Of a stretch of 64,000 nt of DNA, positions 40,944 to 52,284 are shown one piece after another. The notes below the pieces were generated by a model that saw only the letters and a program-made list of their open reading frames with translations, made no database searches and was not told where the DNA came from. The first letter of the stretch is position 1, and the number at the start of each line of letters is the position of its first letter. A program made the translations under genes and the position numbers. The stretch is from Phoronis australis. Taxonomy: Eukaryota; Animalia; Phoronida. The DNA lies in assembly GCA_002633005.1 (NCBI GenBank), contig NMRA01000182.1:541768-605767 (forward strand), read 5' to 3'.

Positions 40944-42671
40944 CCGTAATCGTTCGGGTTAACGCCCATGCTCAGTTAACCGCCCACCCCCTACTTTAGG
41001 TGAATTTCGATTTAACCGCCCACTGCTCGGTTAACCGCCCCCCTGCTATTTTTGAAGATTTCCAATTAACCGCCCACTGCTCGGTTAACCGCCCATCCCC
41101 TACTTTTGACGATTGGTGATTACCGCCCTGTGCTAATAGGAAACGCGAATCCCCGACCTTTTAGATTAAGATCGATGATAACATTGAGTGCAACGACGGC
41201 CTCAGAGACCGCGGTTTAGCAATGTGAATTATGATACCAGTAACAAATTATTGTAACGGGTCATCGATTAACTTCAAAATGTAATACTTGAACACTTTGT
41301 CACTTTCTTTTCTTCTCATGTTCGCAAACTTTAGGAACCGCGCTGGCGTCTACACCTCCACTTTCAGCCACAATCTCTGCCGCACTGAGTTATCGACTAC
41401 AGTGCACTATATAAAAGATGCATTCGAAATAACCAGGTCAGAGAAATGTGACATTGCTTTTGCCAACCCTCTGAATGCGCTTTAGGTTGTAAGCTCTCGG
41501 GATTTTGAAGAATTCCCATAAACCGCGAAAAGTTGATAAATTCTTTATATTTTGGTGAGTGTAATTGCCGGGTTATCGAGATCCCCGTCTTTCGAGTACT
41601 CTCGTCACGGTAATTTCGTCGCATATAGTAAACCGGGGTTACTTACCCGAACAATTAAGGCTTCGTCTAAGAATTATTTTTACCGAGAATAGATGGTTTC
41701 ATTTGCTAACAAAAGCTGCGTCTCGCAGTCGAAACGAAAACCGCAACGACGGTTGTTCAAGGTCGACACTGGAATCGGCCGACTTCTTGTTTGCTAAGTC
41801 GACCAGTAAAAACGCGAGTGTAGACAGAAACTCGTGTTTGTGTTTTGCAATGTAACTTGGTGGCAATTTTTTGAATGTAGAGTTTGTTAACAAAAAGTTT
41901 GTTATTGTATTTAGCCATTGAAAGGCCAGAGTACCGTACATGTCAACTCCACATACCGGCAACATAAACAGGCGAATCGACAGTGCATGGCAGCTGAATA
42001 GTTGAACCCGATTTCGTGATTGATTATACATTTTTATGCTTTTTGACCATTCAGACCAGGAGTACATTCTGTTATCTCGAAATGATTTTGAACTGAAATT
42101 CGGAACTGCTGGTAGTCCTTGTCTACGTGACCGTCAGTTAAGTTGTTTATTATGGGAGTGCACTGATCACAGGAAAAATGGGTCAGCACGTGACCACAAC
42201 TGGGTTAAAACGACAGCACAGCTACCGTCTGCTACGCAGGTGAACATGTTCAACGTCTGCGAAGTATAGTGAAATAATGAGCATAATTCGCAATAATCGG
42301 TCTCACCTGAGGCGCCATATTATGTAGCAAACTTTCTATGCAAGCGTTCGGAGTTTGACCACACTCTACATTTTCGAAACTATTTGTTAATTAGAGTGCG
42401 CAGAGTACGCACTTGGTGGCGATAAAGTTCTTTTCAAAGTGTTAGGCGATCCCAGTATGTGGCTTAGTACGTGTGGTGACTCAGATCATAAGGTAAGATT
42501 AACCGCCCAGGGCGGTTGCCTGTCGTAATAAGCGCCCATGTTCAGTTAACCGGCCCCCCCCCGATTTCTTGAAATTTCACGTTTAAGCGCCCCTGTCTGG
42601 TTAACCGCCCACCCCCGATTTTTTGGGTTCGCCAATTTAACCGCCCAGGGCGTTAACCCGAACGATTACGG
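40944..42671. mobile_element. Tc1/mariner-pogo superfamily non-autonomous element (CCGTA termini, TA TSD)
   Basis: TA|CCGTAATCGTTCGGGTTAACGCCC...GGGCGTTAACCCGAACGATTACGG|TA: perfect 24-bp TIR. Repeated TTAACCGCCC motifs in both subterminal regions. No transposase ORF recognised. Confidence 0.9.
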
Positions 42672-43690
42672 TATTTAAAGAAGTTTACTGTTTAAAGGCT
42701 GGTTTAAAGTTTCTGGATACTAGTTTGAAAATAAAACGGCTATAGCTCAAATTAAACCAAACAATCTTTGAGCCAGGTACAAAGAAATCTCCCAAACCAT
42801 GTGTCTTTGCATTCTCCAACAAAAATTGCAAAAAAATTAACCGGAATCGTGGAAAATAAGATCTGTGATTTTTGCATCTGTAGGGATTTTTTGTACCAGT
42901 GTCAAAACCCATTTTTCGTTTCAATTTGCACATACAAAAATTTAATTTGATTTGAATTTTAGTTGCTTTATTCGCCAAGCTTGAGTCTAGTAACTTTATG
43001 TGTCTCCAATGCCTTCAAAAATTACTTTCAAATGCAGATTAAGAAACAAGCTCTGATGGTTACTAAGTTCTTTAATTTGAAATTCACTCATTGCTCTGTT
43101 GGTAATGTTCTTATGTCAAACAATCAATGTGACATTACAAAAGCCTCCTGTTTGGAACAGCGGTCTCTATCTAATTCATGGTTACGTAGTCCAGATATCA
43201 GCCAAAAAGTCTAGTCCGTTGTTAAGTGTGCCTGTGCTCTTTTGCCTGGCATCAGGACTCGGCGCTGGCCAATTAAGGTGCAAGGAGTTACTAAATTTCG
43301 TTCATCAATGTGAGAGAATCAAAACCTAAACCACCTATTTTGGCTACTATTTACACGGAATCCAAATTTAGAAGCCAGACATTTTGAAAAATCACCAGGT
43401 AATTGATCAACTTCACATAATACGATCTTAGATCAGATACTCTGATAAACAGGTCTGTTGACGGCAGCAGGAATTGTACAATTCTACCAACGAAGTACAA
43501 GGTGTTTTGAAACGGGCCGAGTTTCTTTCCCAGAAACACAGCTCCACCTTTTGCATTAGTGGACACTACATAGGTGTCGCTGCATTGTGCACGGACATCA
43601 TCTATAGACCCAATTCACGCGGCGGACATTAAAATCCAAATCGAGGCTCACTGCGATAAACAAAGCAGAAGTTGACATTGCGTGAGTTAA

Positions 43691-43856
43691 ATGGCCTGTC
43701 TTTTGAGTCCAACCTGGATGTTAAATCTTAAAAATGTGTCGATAATTAACCACAGAGACGTAGAAAAATACAGTAGAGAACAAGTCAATGCACCAAAGAG
43801 TTGTCTGACGAAAGGGCATAAGTTTTTTTCAGAAAACTACGTTCAAAACATGAAAA
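43691..43856 (+). pseudogene. First-exon remnant of the element's accessory gene (probably SWIM/YqaJ-exonuclease type)
   Basis: ATG 85 bp from the left terminus; MACLLSPTW...LTKGHKFFSENYVQNMK then gtaaat donor. KGxxFFxExYV resembles N-termini of transposon-associated SWIM/YqaJ proteins (recalled, unverified). Confidence 0.45.
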
Positions 43857-44521
43857 GTAAATATGACCAAACTGTAACGATTGAAGTGTTACGGATTAGG
43901 TATTAGGCTGAATGTAGGGTTACTTTTCTTCTTGCGAATTGTTGATAAAAATGCTTTCTACACGAACCAGGTTATCTGCTTGTATTGTTGACGAGTTGAA
44001 GATATATTTGACAGTGGTGGCTCATCGCATTTTGCTGTCATGTGCAATTAATCACATCTGGTTTAATTTGTTGATCGCTACAAGCATAGCCTAGGTCCTG
44101 GTGAGGTAGGCAATACCGGGATTAACAGTTGATTTTTCATTGATCTGAAAGAATAACTGATGTCATTAAATATATTTTTATTAAAATAAAAAACCAGGCT
44201 CGTAAGTGAAAATAAAATTATTTGACCATTTAGGTTTTAAATTTTGAAAAGAAATTAACGAGCACAGCCCCGCTTTGGCATTATATCCAGGTTCTCATCC
44301 ATTCCCTTGCACACATTCACAAGTGATTATTTGACCATCAATTCTGCTTTCTTGGTTTTAATAATTCTTACGTCTATTTTATGTATAGGTTTCAAATATC
44401 AATCTGGACCAAGTTGAATTTTAAAATTAAAACACCTAATTCATTCGTCCAAAGCATAACCTCATTTTAAGCGCTCAATTTCAGTTAACTGGACAGATCA
44501 AGCATAGTTATCACGTTTCTT

Positions 44522-44868
44522 CAGGGGCCTCGTTCATCCAACAGAAAAGGTGCCTGTGCCTTCTGAGAGAGGGGAATTTTTTCGCCGAGCAAAGTGAGGG
44601 GAAAAATCTACCTCTCGATCATCATCAATAGCACCCCCGGCGCCCTGTTGCAAGCTCTCATAGGCTCTCTCTCTCAAGTAGCATTTTGTGCTCTTTCAAA
44701 TTGTCACTTGTGTGGTTACAGGTGATTTGAACTTTGAAGAGAGCTTTTCCATCCCTATGGGAATTTTTAGGCCTCGTGGGGCCGGGGCATTTCGGGGAAT
44801 TTTTCAATATTTTTGAGAGGGGAATAAGGCTGACATTCGGCTCCAAAATCAAGGGATTGAGGGCCCTG
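44522..44868. mobile_element. hAT-like MITE with 5-bp TSD (hAT5-type) nested in the ISL2EU-like element
   Basis: TTCTT|CAGGGGCCTC...GAGGGCCCTG|TTCTT; repeated GGGAA(T/A) motifs inside. Confidence 0.65.
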
Positions 44869-45024
44869 TTCTTTTTGGAAAGAAAAATGCATCATCTTTC
44901 AACCTGTAGTCATGAAAACAAAGCCTGGCTGGCCGAAGATTCTCTGCCGGGTCGTTGCTATGATGCTTGGCAACCGAAATGCGACAAAATATGATCTAAC
45001 TTTTCGAAAACATTTAAATTTTAC

Positions 45025-45175
45025 AAGGACATGTTTTCCTTCGTCACGGTGTATGGCAACGATCCAACGCTGTCAAATCTCAACGTCCTTAGGGATTGTA
45101 AAACAGACAATTGAGTGTCCGTATTTTTCTAGCCCGTCCGACCAATGCGGAATACAATCCTCAGTATGCCGATAA
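45025..45175 (-). pseudogene. Degraded THAP-domain N-terminus of the transposase
   Basis: Minus-strand frame: DCIPHWSDGLEKYGHSIVCFTIPKDVEI*QRWIVAIHRDEGKH, fitting THAP C.VP.C....F..P.D...R..W..AI.R; internal TGA at 45075-45073. Confidence 0.65.
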
Positions 45176-47545
45176 GCCAACAGAGCTATCGTAGCGAGCC
45201 TCGTTTTGGAACCTGCCTCCCGTCGGCGTGAATTGGGTCTATGAAACACTGTCAAAAGGCATCCTGTCACATGTGCTTCTGAATTTACACACTTGTTTTC
45301 AAATACGGTATCCATGCAATGTATTTGCATGTGTCATGTTTCATGAAGTGTCACGAGACCTGTAGATTGCCATCAATAATTTAATTTCAGACAATACTAT
45401 TTGAGTGACCGAAGTCATTAGGACTGAGAATCCTGTCATGACTCATTATAAATTTCTCTCGTTCATCATTACTTGTTGTCAGTCTTTATTAGATGACTTA
45501 GAAAACTTCAAGAACTGCATTAAAAAACCCGTACCTTAGGAACCTCTTACAGCACTTTTGAGCTTTCATCTTGGAAGGTCTACATCAAAATATCAAAAGA
45601 ATTTTGACTAAGTTTAAGACATCTGACCATGTGACTTAATCAGTAGATTTCTAAGGTTCAAAATTAAAGCCTGCCCACTTTCTGTTGTTAGAAAATTTAT
45701 AATTTTGCTGAGTTGAATTAAATTTGGCTCAATGCACTGACTTCCTATGTAAAAGTTATTTGTAACCTTTAGCTTGGATTGTAATTTCACGGATAACGCC
45801 AACTTATGAAGAGCAAAAGTTAACTTGTTGTGACCATTTTGCAGATTCTGTGGTTTCTCCAGCCAAGAAAAGAACAAAGCTGTGTTACGACTTTCTGAAT
45901 TCTATTGATGTGACAGGTAGATACAAATGAAATGTGAAGAAAATGCTAAGTTAAACTTGTTCTGATTGACACATTAGAATATTGTAACTTATTGTGTAAA
46001 GATTGAATACTTCAATTTACAATAGTGTGACAAAAGAGTTGAATTGTCAGTTTTGTTAAATTTCTCACCAAAAACAAACATCAAGAAAGTTTTACATCAA
46101 TTTTGATCGGACAGTTGTCAAACAATGTTGGGCAAATTTTGCGCTGATGTGGAACTTTAGAGCTTGTGGAAGACAGAAAGTTATTTTTTAGAGACATGTA
46201 AAATGTTCAGTTTGGAACGTATCGTTGAGCAGCGTATTCCTTTGTTCCATGTTTTAATAAATACACTGTGTGTCTCTTGGCCGGGAGCCTGTCTTATCAA
46301 ACATTGTACAGCCGGTTGTATTTTAAGATGGTTGCAGGGACATTATTTTGTATGAGATGCTGCAATTTTGTTATGAGCAAAATATTGCAGCTAACATTTG
46401 GTTGATAATTTTTCATGTTCAAACTTAACGGCCACCTTAATGGGCCACATCTGTGAACTTGTTGCCGTTAATATCAAGTTGCGACCGTCTTGGAAGTTAC
46501 TGTACTTACGACCATTGATAAAATAGGATTTTGGTTGTGTAATCTCTTAGCCTAGTGGCACATATGGGAGGGCGGGTCATTCATGTTTTCATCTTCTTGT
46601 GAATTTGGTATGGACGTCATTGTTTATTGTTGGTCTTTCACCAAGCCTGCAGGTCGATATGTTAATATCAGTTGCAGAACTGAAAGATGGTGTAACTAAT
46701 TAATTATGACCTCTAAAATCTAGTATAATAGCTCTCATATTTGTAGGACGTATGATTGAATCATGGTGCTTTAAAAACACATCATTGGACAATGAAAATC
46801 CCAATTAATAATCTCTTTGCACAAGATTATTGTAAATTTACCAAATAATGGAAATCTGTATGTCTCATTTTGCAGCCAATTCCAGAAACACCGCACAACT
46901 ATGTGTCATCAACTGTAAAGTAGTCTTTAAGAAAATATTATTGCGTAAAATACATGTGACAGCTTCAGAAAGTCTTTATTCATCAAACCAACAAGTTGTC
47001 ATTCACATACCAATAGGTAATACGCAAGAAACTCAAGCGACACACGAACTCAGCCCATAGCAAATACACAGGAAGATGGAGACAACAACGACCCTTGCTA
47101 CTAGTGATAAGCGATGAAATAAATATGCAAATTCCCAATTCAGGCATCATACTAATTATCTTTAGACACCACCAATTTAATTTTTTTGCAATTAAAGATA
47201 ACGAAATACTGTAGAATTAATGACATCTTATGAGCAGACAAGAAGGTGCGTCCTTTGATTGACATCCGGGCAAAAAGTATTCTAAGAATGCCTCCTACTC
47301 AAAAGTTAGGATAGTGACAATTATCTTAATGACTAAATTATTCTGCACCTGTGAAGCTTTCAGTCCTTGTTCCCTTGAGAGTTAAGAAAACCAGATCTGT
47401 AGCCTGGCTAATGAATTTGTGAGAAAATGGAGCTCCACGAAGTTACTAATGTTGTTGACATTGATTTTGAATGCACTTAGATGATGTGTGGTATTTATAA
47501 GTAACCATTCTGTTTCTTGTAGTTACTTTATTGCTTTCTTTTCAG

Positions 47546-47607
47546 GAGAGTTGACTGCCCTCTTTCACGATTACACTCATGATGATATAAAGCTGGAACG
47601 ACTCCTG
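47546..47607 (+). CDS. SUPT3H: SUPT3H/Spt3 internal exon, (G)ELTALFHDYTHDDIKLERLL
   Basis: Acceptor tttcttttcag and donor gtacag; 62 nt, phase 1 to 0. Peptide aligns with the recalled human SUPT3H segment [21 protein letters not shown]. Confidence 0.85.
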
Positions 47608-49619
47608 GTACAGTGTCCAACCACAATATGGCCACGTTACTGATCTGATCTCCATTGGTCGCCTGTCAAGCTCTTTGTTCATCACATCAGTCATGGCACT
47701 GTTTACTGTCTAACTCCCATACTTAGATCTGTAAATAACTATTAATTCTATGTGGTTCAACATGTGGTGTTTGGTCCTCGTCTTCTGTTCTTCCTCCAAT
47801 GGGCGCTACATCTCATTTCCAAGCAGGGATTATGAATGCTTCTTACCAGTTCGGATAGCAAACACTAATACTACAGCCCCTGGACTTTTATAACCGGCTT
47901 TTTGTTTGTGGATCAGGAAACAGAGATGGGTGTCAATCATGTATATTGTGGATATTAAAAACAATCCGTCATTGAAAATTGAACTTTTTGTCGTTTTAAT
48001 GGTAAAAATACAACATATTAGGGAATAGAGATGGTGTCAGTGACTGCCTGTGCCTTGCAACATTCTTTCCTATCCATTTTAGATGATGTGGACTGTAAAA
48101 ATTAAAATCACTCATAGAAAATTTGAACCTTTGAATTGTTTGAACGACAAACATCGGGTTAAAAATAACATAAAAAAGAGGAATAACGCTCCTTGAAACT
48201 GCTGTTCCGTTGTTGATATGTCCCAACTTCTATTGTGTAACCTGTCTGAGCCACAGAATGGGGCGATTTGACTTGTGTGCACCACAACGTATCAGAGTGA
48301 CCTTAACACCCCCAAAAAATGCAGCGAAATTTGACTGGTGGAGCACGTCATGCGATGGCATTGTGTAATCAGATTGACTCCAACTTTTGCTACATTTAAA
48401 TACCTCTTTAAACGTTTCTTTTTAACAAAGCTTTCCCTAACGTATGAAATTTGTGGTCAATTTAATAATAATAATTTATTATTGATACTCTAATAACAAT
48501 TCTTCATTATTAATATAATTTTATTATTCTGTTTTACTCATTCCTTTCTGTTTGTCTAATTGAATATTTTATAGTGTTTTGCACTCCATATTAGTATTTT
48601 TATACTTACCCCTAGTGCATGTGAAGTATTATTTTGCCATTTTTTTATAGAAATAAGAAGTAAAGTGGTACATTTCCATTATTTGCAGCAAAGTAGTCTA
48701 AAAATAGAAATTAATTACGTTTTGGACACAAATGAACAGAGCTTTGCTTTATTGTAACTTAGTACATTTCTTTCCGATGTCACCTTTCTTTTAGAATGCT
48801 GATTTTACCTTGTGACACTATTCCTATTTGCAGTCCTTGATAATCACAAAAATTGTTATGGACATAAAAAATTATGTCTCGATGTTTGGTGTTATGCAAC
48901 TGTTGTTTTCCAACAAGTGTTTCAGCTTCACATGGAGATTATCATTTCTTCATAATGTGATTTTTTGTACAAAACTTGCAAGTTCCATTTCTTCTCTCAG
49001 ACTTAATTGCAAAGCAATGTCTGGGATTTTCTGTTAGGCATTTTTGCCTGTGAAATGAGACTGTGCAAAAAATAAGAACTCAACATTCCTTTCCATTGGA
49101 AGTGTTCTTATGCTTAGATGTGAGAGGAAATCCTAGACATACTTTTGAAATTAGGAGGAAAATACTGAATTTTCAGGTTTTGTACCAAAATCCTATTTCT
49201 GTTATGGCTATTCCATGAAAAATCATTATTTGTTAGGAAATGCCTAGGTGCTATTTTTGTGGTCATAATTGCTTTCTGAGATTAAGGATTTTAAAAGTAC
49301 CGGTATATGATTTTGCGGGTTTAAAATTGGTATTTAAACGTAGTTACGGATATTCCTCAGTTATGCACTAAATTTACTACCATAAATAATAAAAATTAAT
49401 AAATGTTATTTCAATGCAGTTGCAGGGTACTAGCTATGTTACTTCCAAAGTACATTTTATTGACTTTCAAGTTTTGTTTGAAATTCAGAAAATCTAATTC
49501 CACATTTTCATCAGGAAGGATTACCGTAAGAACTTTGAGATGAGATGAGGTGAGGTTCAAGATTTTGGCACTATGTGGTTCCCTTGTCTTCCTCAGTCAT
49601 GGTTTGATATTCATTTCAG

Positions 49620-49695
49620 CGTGCTGAGTGCAGCAGTCGCACAATGGACCAACAACAGTACAAGGAGTTTTGTGAGGCAAGACAGGCCAGCTTTG
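49620..49695 (+). CDS. SUPT3H: SUPT3H internal exon, RAECSSRTMDQQQYKEFCEARQASF(G)
   Basis: catttcag acceptor, gtatgt donor; 76 nt, phase 0 to 1. Matches recalled human [25 protein letters not shown]. Confidence 0.92.
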
Positions 49696-50494
49696 GTATG
49701 TCAATTGATTATTTAGCACACAATATGACTGACGAGTGAAATTCTATTTTGTCAAATTTTTCACAGAAATAATGGTAACATAAAATTTTTATCTGTAAAA
49801 TGGCTTGTACCGCGTAGATGTCACGAAACCCCATTTTGTAAAGTTAGCATTAAAGCTACATTTTGTCCTATTAGCTGGCTAAAAATGAAAATTGAATTGG
49901 GCCTTTTACACTCGTATTACTGGTCTTATCTCAAGTGTTTCAACTGAGGTATTGCATGATAAGAAATGAAGCAATACCATAATGATGTGGCCACCAAATT
50001 ATAATGAAAGGGTGATTGTATGCTAGTTGCAAAGATGGTAAAGAGGTTTGGGCACCCTAACTAGGATAACTAACATTAAACTTACTCTGTGCACAAAACT
50101 CTCTTGTGGTTGAATTGACATTGATTAAGGCTATCTGTAATGGTAGTTTTTCTAAAATTTGACAAAAAATAGAACCGCCAAATGTTTTGTTATAGTTGCA
50201 CGATACAAACTGCTTGGATAATGTAGTGTGTTTGTGAATGTTTATTCTGCTAACAGGAAATCTGACAAATTAAAATTTCGCGGGTCTACCACATTGTACG
50301 CTTCATTGGTGAATGATAACAAGTTAATATTTTGCATTTCAATAATAGTAATAATGGTTCATTGTCAGTTGAAAACCGAGAGACACTGAGCATGCTGGGA
50401 AGTTCTTGGCAGTTATTAACGAGCCATTTCGAAATGAAATATTTAAACTGTAAATTGACTATGATTGGTAATTTTTGAATTATTCATTTTTCAG

Positions 50495-50610
50495 GTAGAA
50501 AGATCAAACTTCAGAAGTTCAAGGATTGGCTTATTAGTGACAGTGATATTAAGCTCAATTCTTTGGCACTTGAGATCATGAGTTATCTGGCTTTTGAAAC
50601 AGTTGCTCAG
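50495..50610 (+). CDS. SUPT3H: SUPT3H internal exon, (G)RKIKLQKFKDWLISDSDIKLNSLALEIMSYLAFETVAQ
   Basis: tttttcag acceptor, gtaggg donor; 116 nt, phase 1 to 0. Contains the Spt3 C-terminal histone-fold motif KFxDWL...EIxxYLAxETVAQ. Confidence 0.95.
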
Positions 50611-52284
50611 GTAGGGATTTGCAAGGCTAGCATTTTCACACATTTTGCTAGATTAATGCAAGAGTGTTAGGGAACATTACAGTCCTTGTGTGCCCCGTAA
50701 AAAGTTCCAAGTCAAAACTCTTCAAGTGTAACTTCCAAGCTTCTAACCTTGCCTAATAAGAAATCCACAATAATGCTGTATTCTAAAGATATGTGTGACT
50801 TTCACTGCTCATCCTTCTGAGCCGCTTTTACCGGGATCAAAGAGAGTGCGGCGCCAGAGTCGGACTCAGTTGCGATGACCGCATTGTCCTGTGCGAGCAA
50901 GACCCAATTGAGTGTAATTACCTGACAGTAAACTGTAGAAAACATCCCTGCCTGTACATACTGGCGAATTTTCAAAACGCATTAACCAGCAGTTTTCATT
51001 AAAAACAAATACCACAGCAGTATTCAGATGGAAAAAACAACCAAGTTTGGTTTTCGATTTTTAAAAATCAATAAAATATTAAGCTAAAAACTACAAACAT
51101 TAGGTACGATTGAAGATAAACGACTGTGCGTATTGATATACTCAGTGTTTTATAAACGCTGATCAGAGTTAACAATATCACGTGGGTTATTCTTTTAGTA
51201 TACAACTGAGCTACATTGAAACATCTATAAACAACACACAGTGACTAAATTAGATGTCAATAACTTTTAAAACATCGCCTATGGCCCAGTGCATGCCGAA
51301 CTACTTCACTCAAGAAGTAGTACACTAACCGGAAAACTGATATTCGCGGAAATGCACCAATTTCGATAGATAGCTTGTAGTTGTAATGGAACACGTGTGA
51401 ACATAAGAAGATGGCTAGCTTTGTAGTCAACAAGAGAGTGCAAGCAGTGGATGAGGTTGGTCATTGGGCAAGAGCTGTGATTTCATTTTTATGACTGAAG
51501 AAAAGCTAGAATAGTTATGATGTAGTTAATGCAACCAAAATTTTCCGGAGGTTCCAAGTCTTCAGTTTGGCTATCACTATATTTGCACTTTTGTATATAT
51601 TTTATGATTTGAGTTCTAATAAAGATTGAACTTGAACTAATGACACGTGGAGTTTTGTTTGCTGTGACATGTTTGGTGTAGCTGTAATCTGGAAAATTCA
51701 GGGATGGGTTCACAACTAACTGACTTCTAAGTTGTTTTGATACTTCAATTAAAAACAAAATAAAAAGATAGCAACCCTAACCGGTAAGAAAAAAAAAACA
51801 AGTTGACAGCAGTATTAAAAATAAAGTAATAAAAAAGGTATGAAACATATTTAAAACCAAGGTTCCTTTGGGAAGTGGCCTTTGTCAAGATCAACGCAAA
51901 TTCACTTTTTAGTCTTTTTTGTAATATTTAAAATTTACCAGGTTAAAACTACTCTCCACATCGCCAGCTTTAACTCTGTGGAAATGCCAGAGAAAACCAA
52001 TTTGGGTGTAATAACAATCACCATTGTTAGTAGTACTAGCTGTTACCTTCCACTTCATTAGCTCAGATCTACATCAATACAAAGGGGGTGTTGAATAGGC
52101 ATCATAAAAGTTGTCTGGGGCTTAGGGAATCTGAGCAGTGACCAGTGTAATTGAGAAATTCTCTATGTGGTGAAATATCTCCTTAGAAATGAAGATAAAG
52201 TCAAATAATTAGCCTTTGAAAAATAGAAAAATGAGAATTGTGGTTGTGCGAAGTAAGTACCATAACAGTTATTTTATTTTTCAA

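Larger units (their letters stand above)
43606..45240. mobile_element. Internally deleted ISL2EU-like DNA transposon (PIF/Harbinger-related), AT TSD
   Basis: AT|AGACCCAATTCACGC...GCGTGAATTGGGTCT|AT: perfect 15-bp TIR, plus an inverted subterminal block (tccaaatcgaggctcactgcgata / tatcgtagcgagcctcgttttgga). Convergent gene remnants at both ends. Confidence 0.8.
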
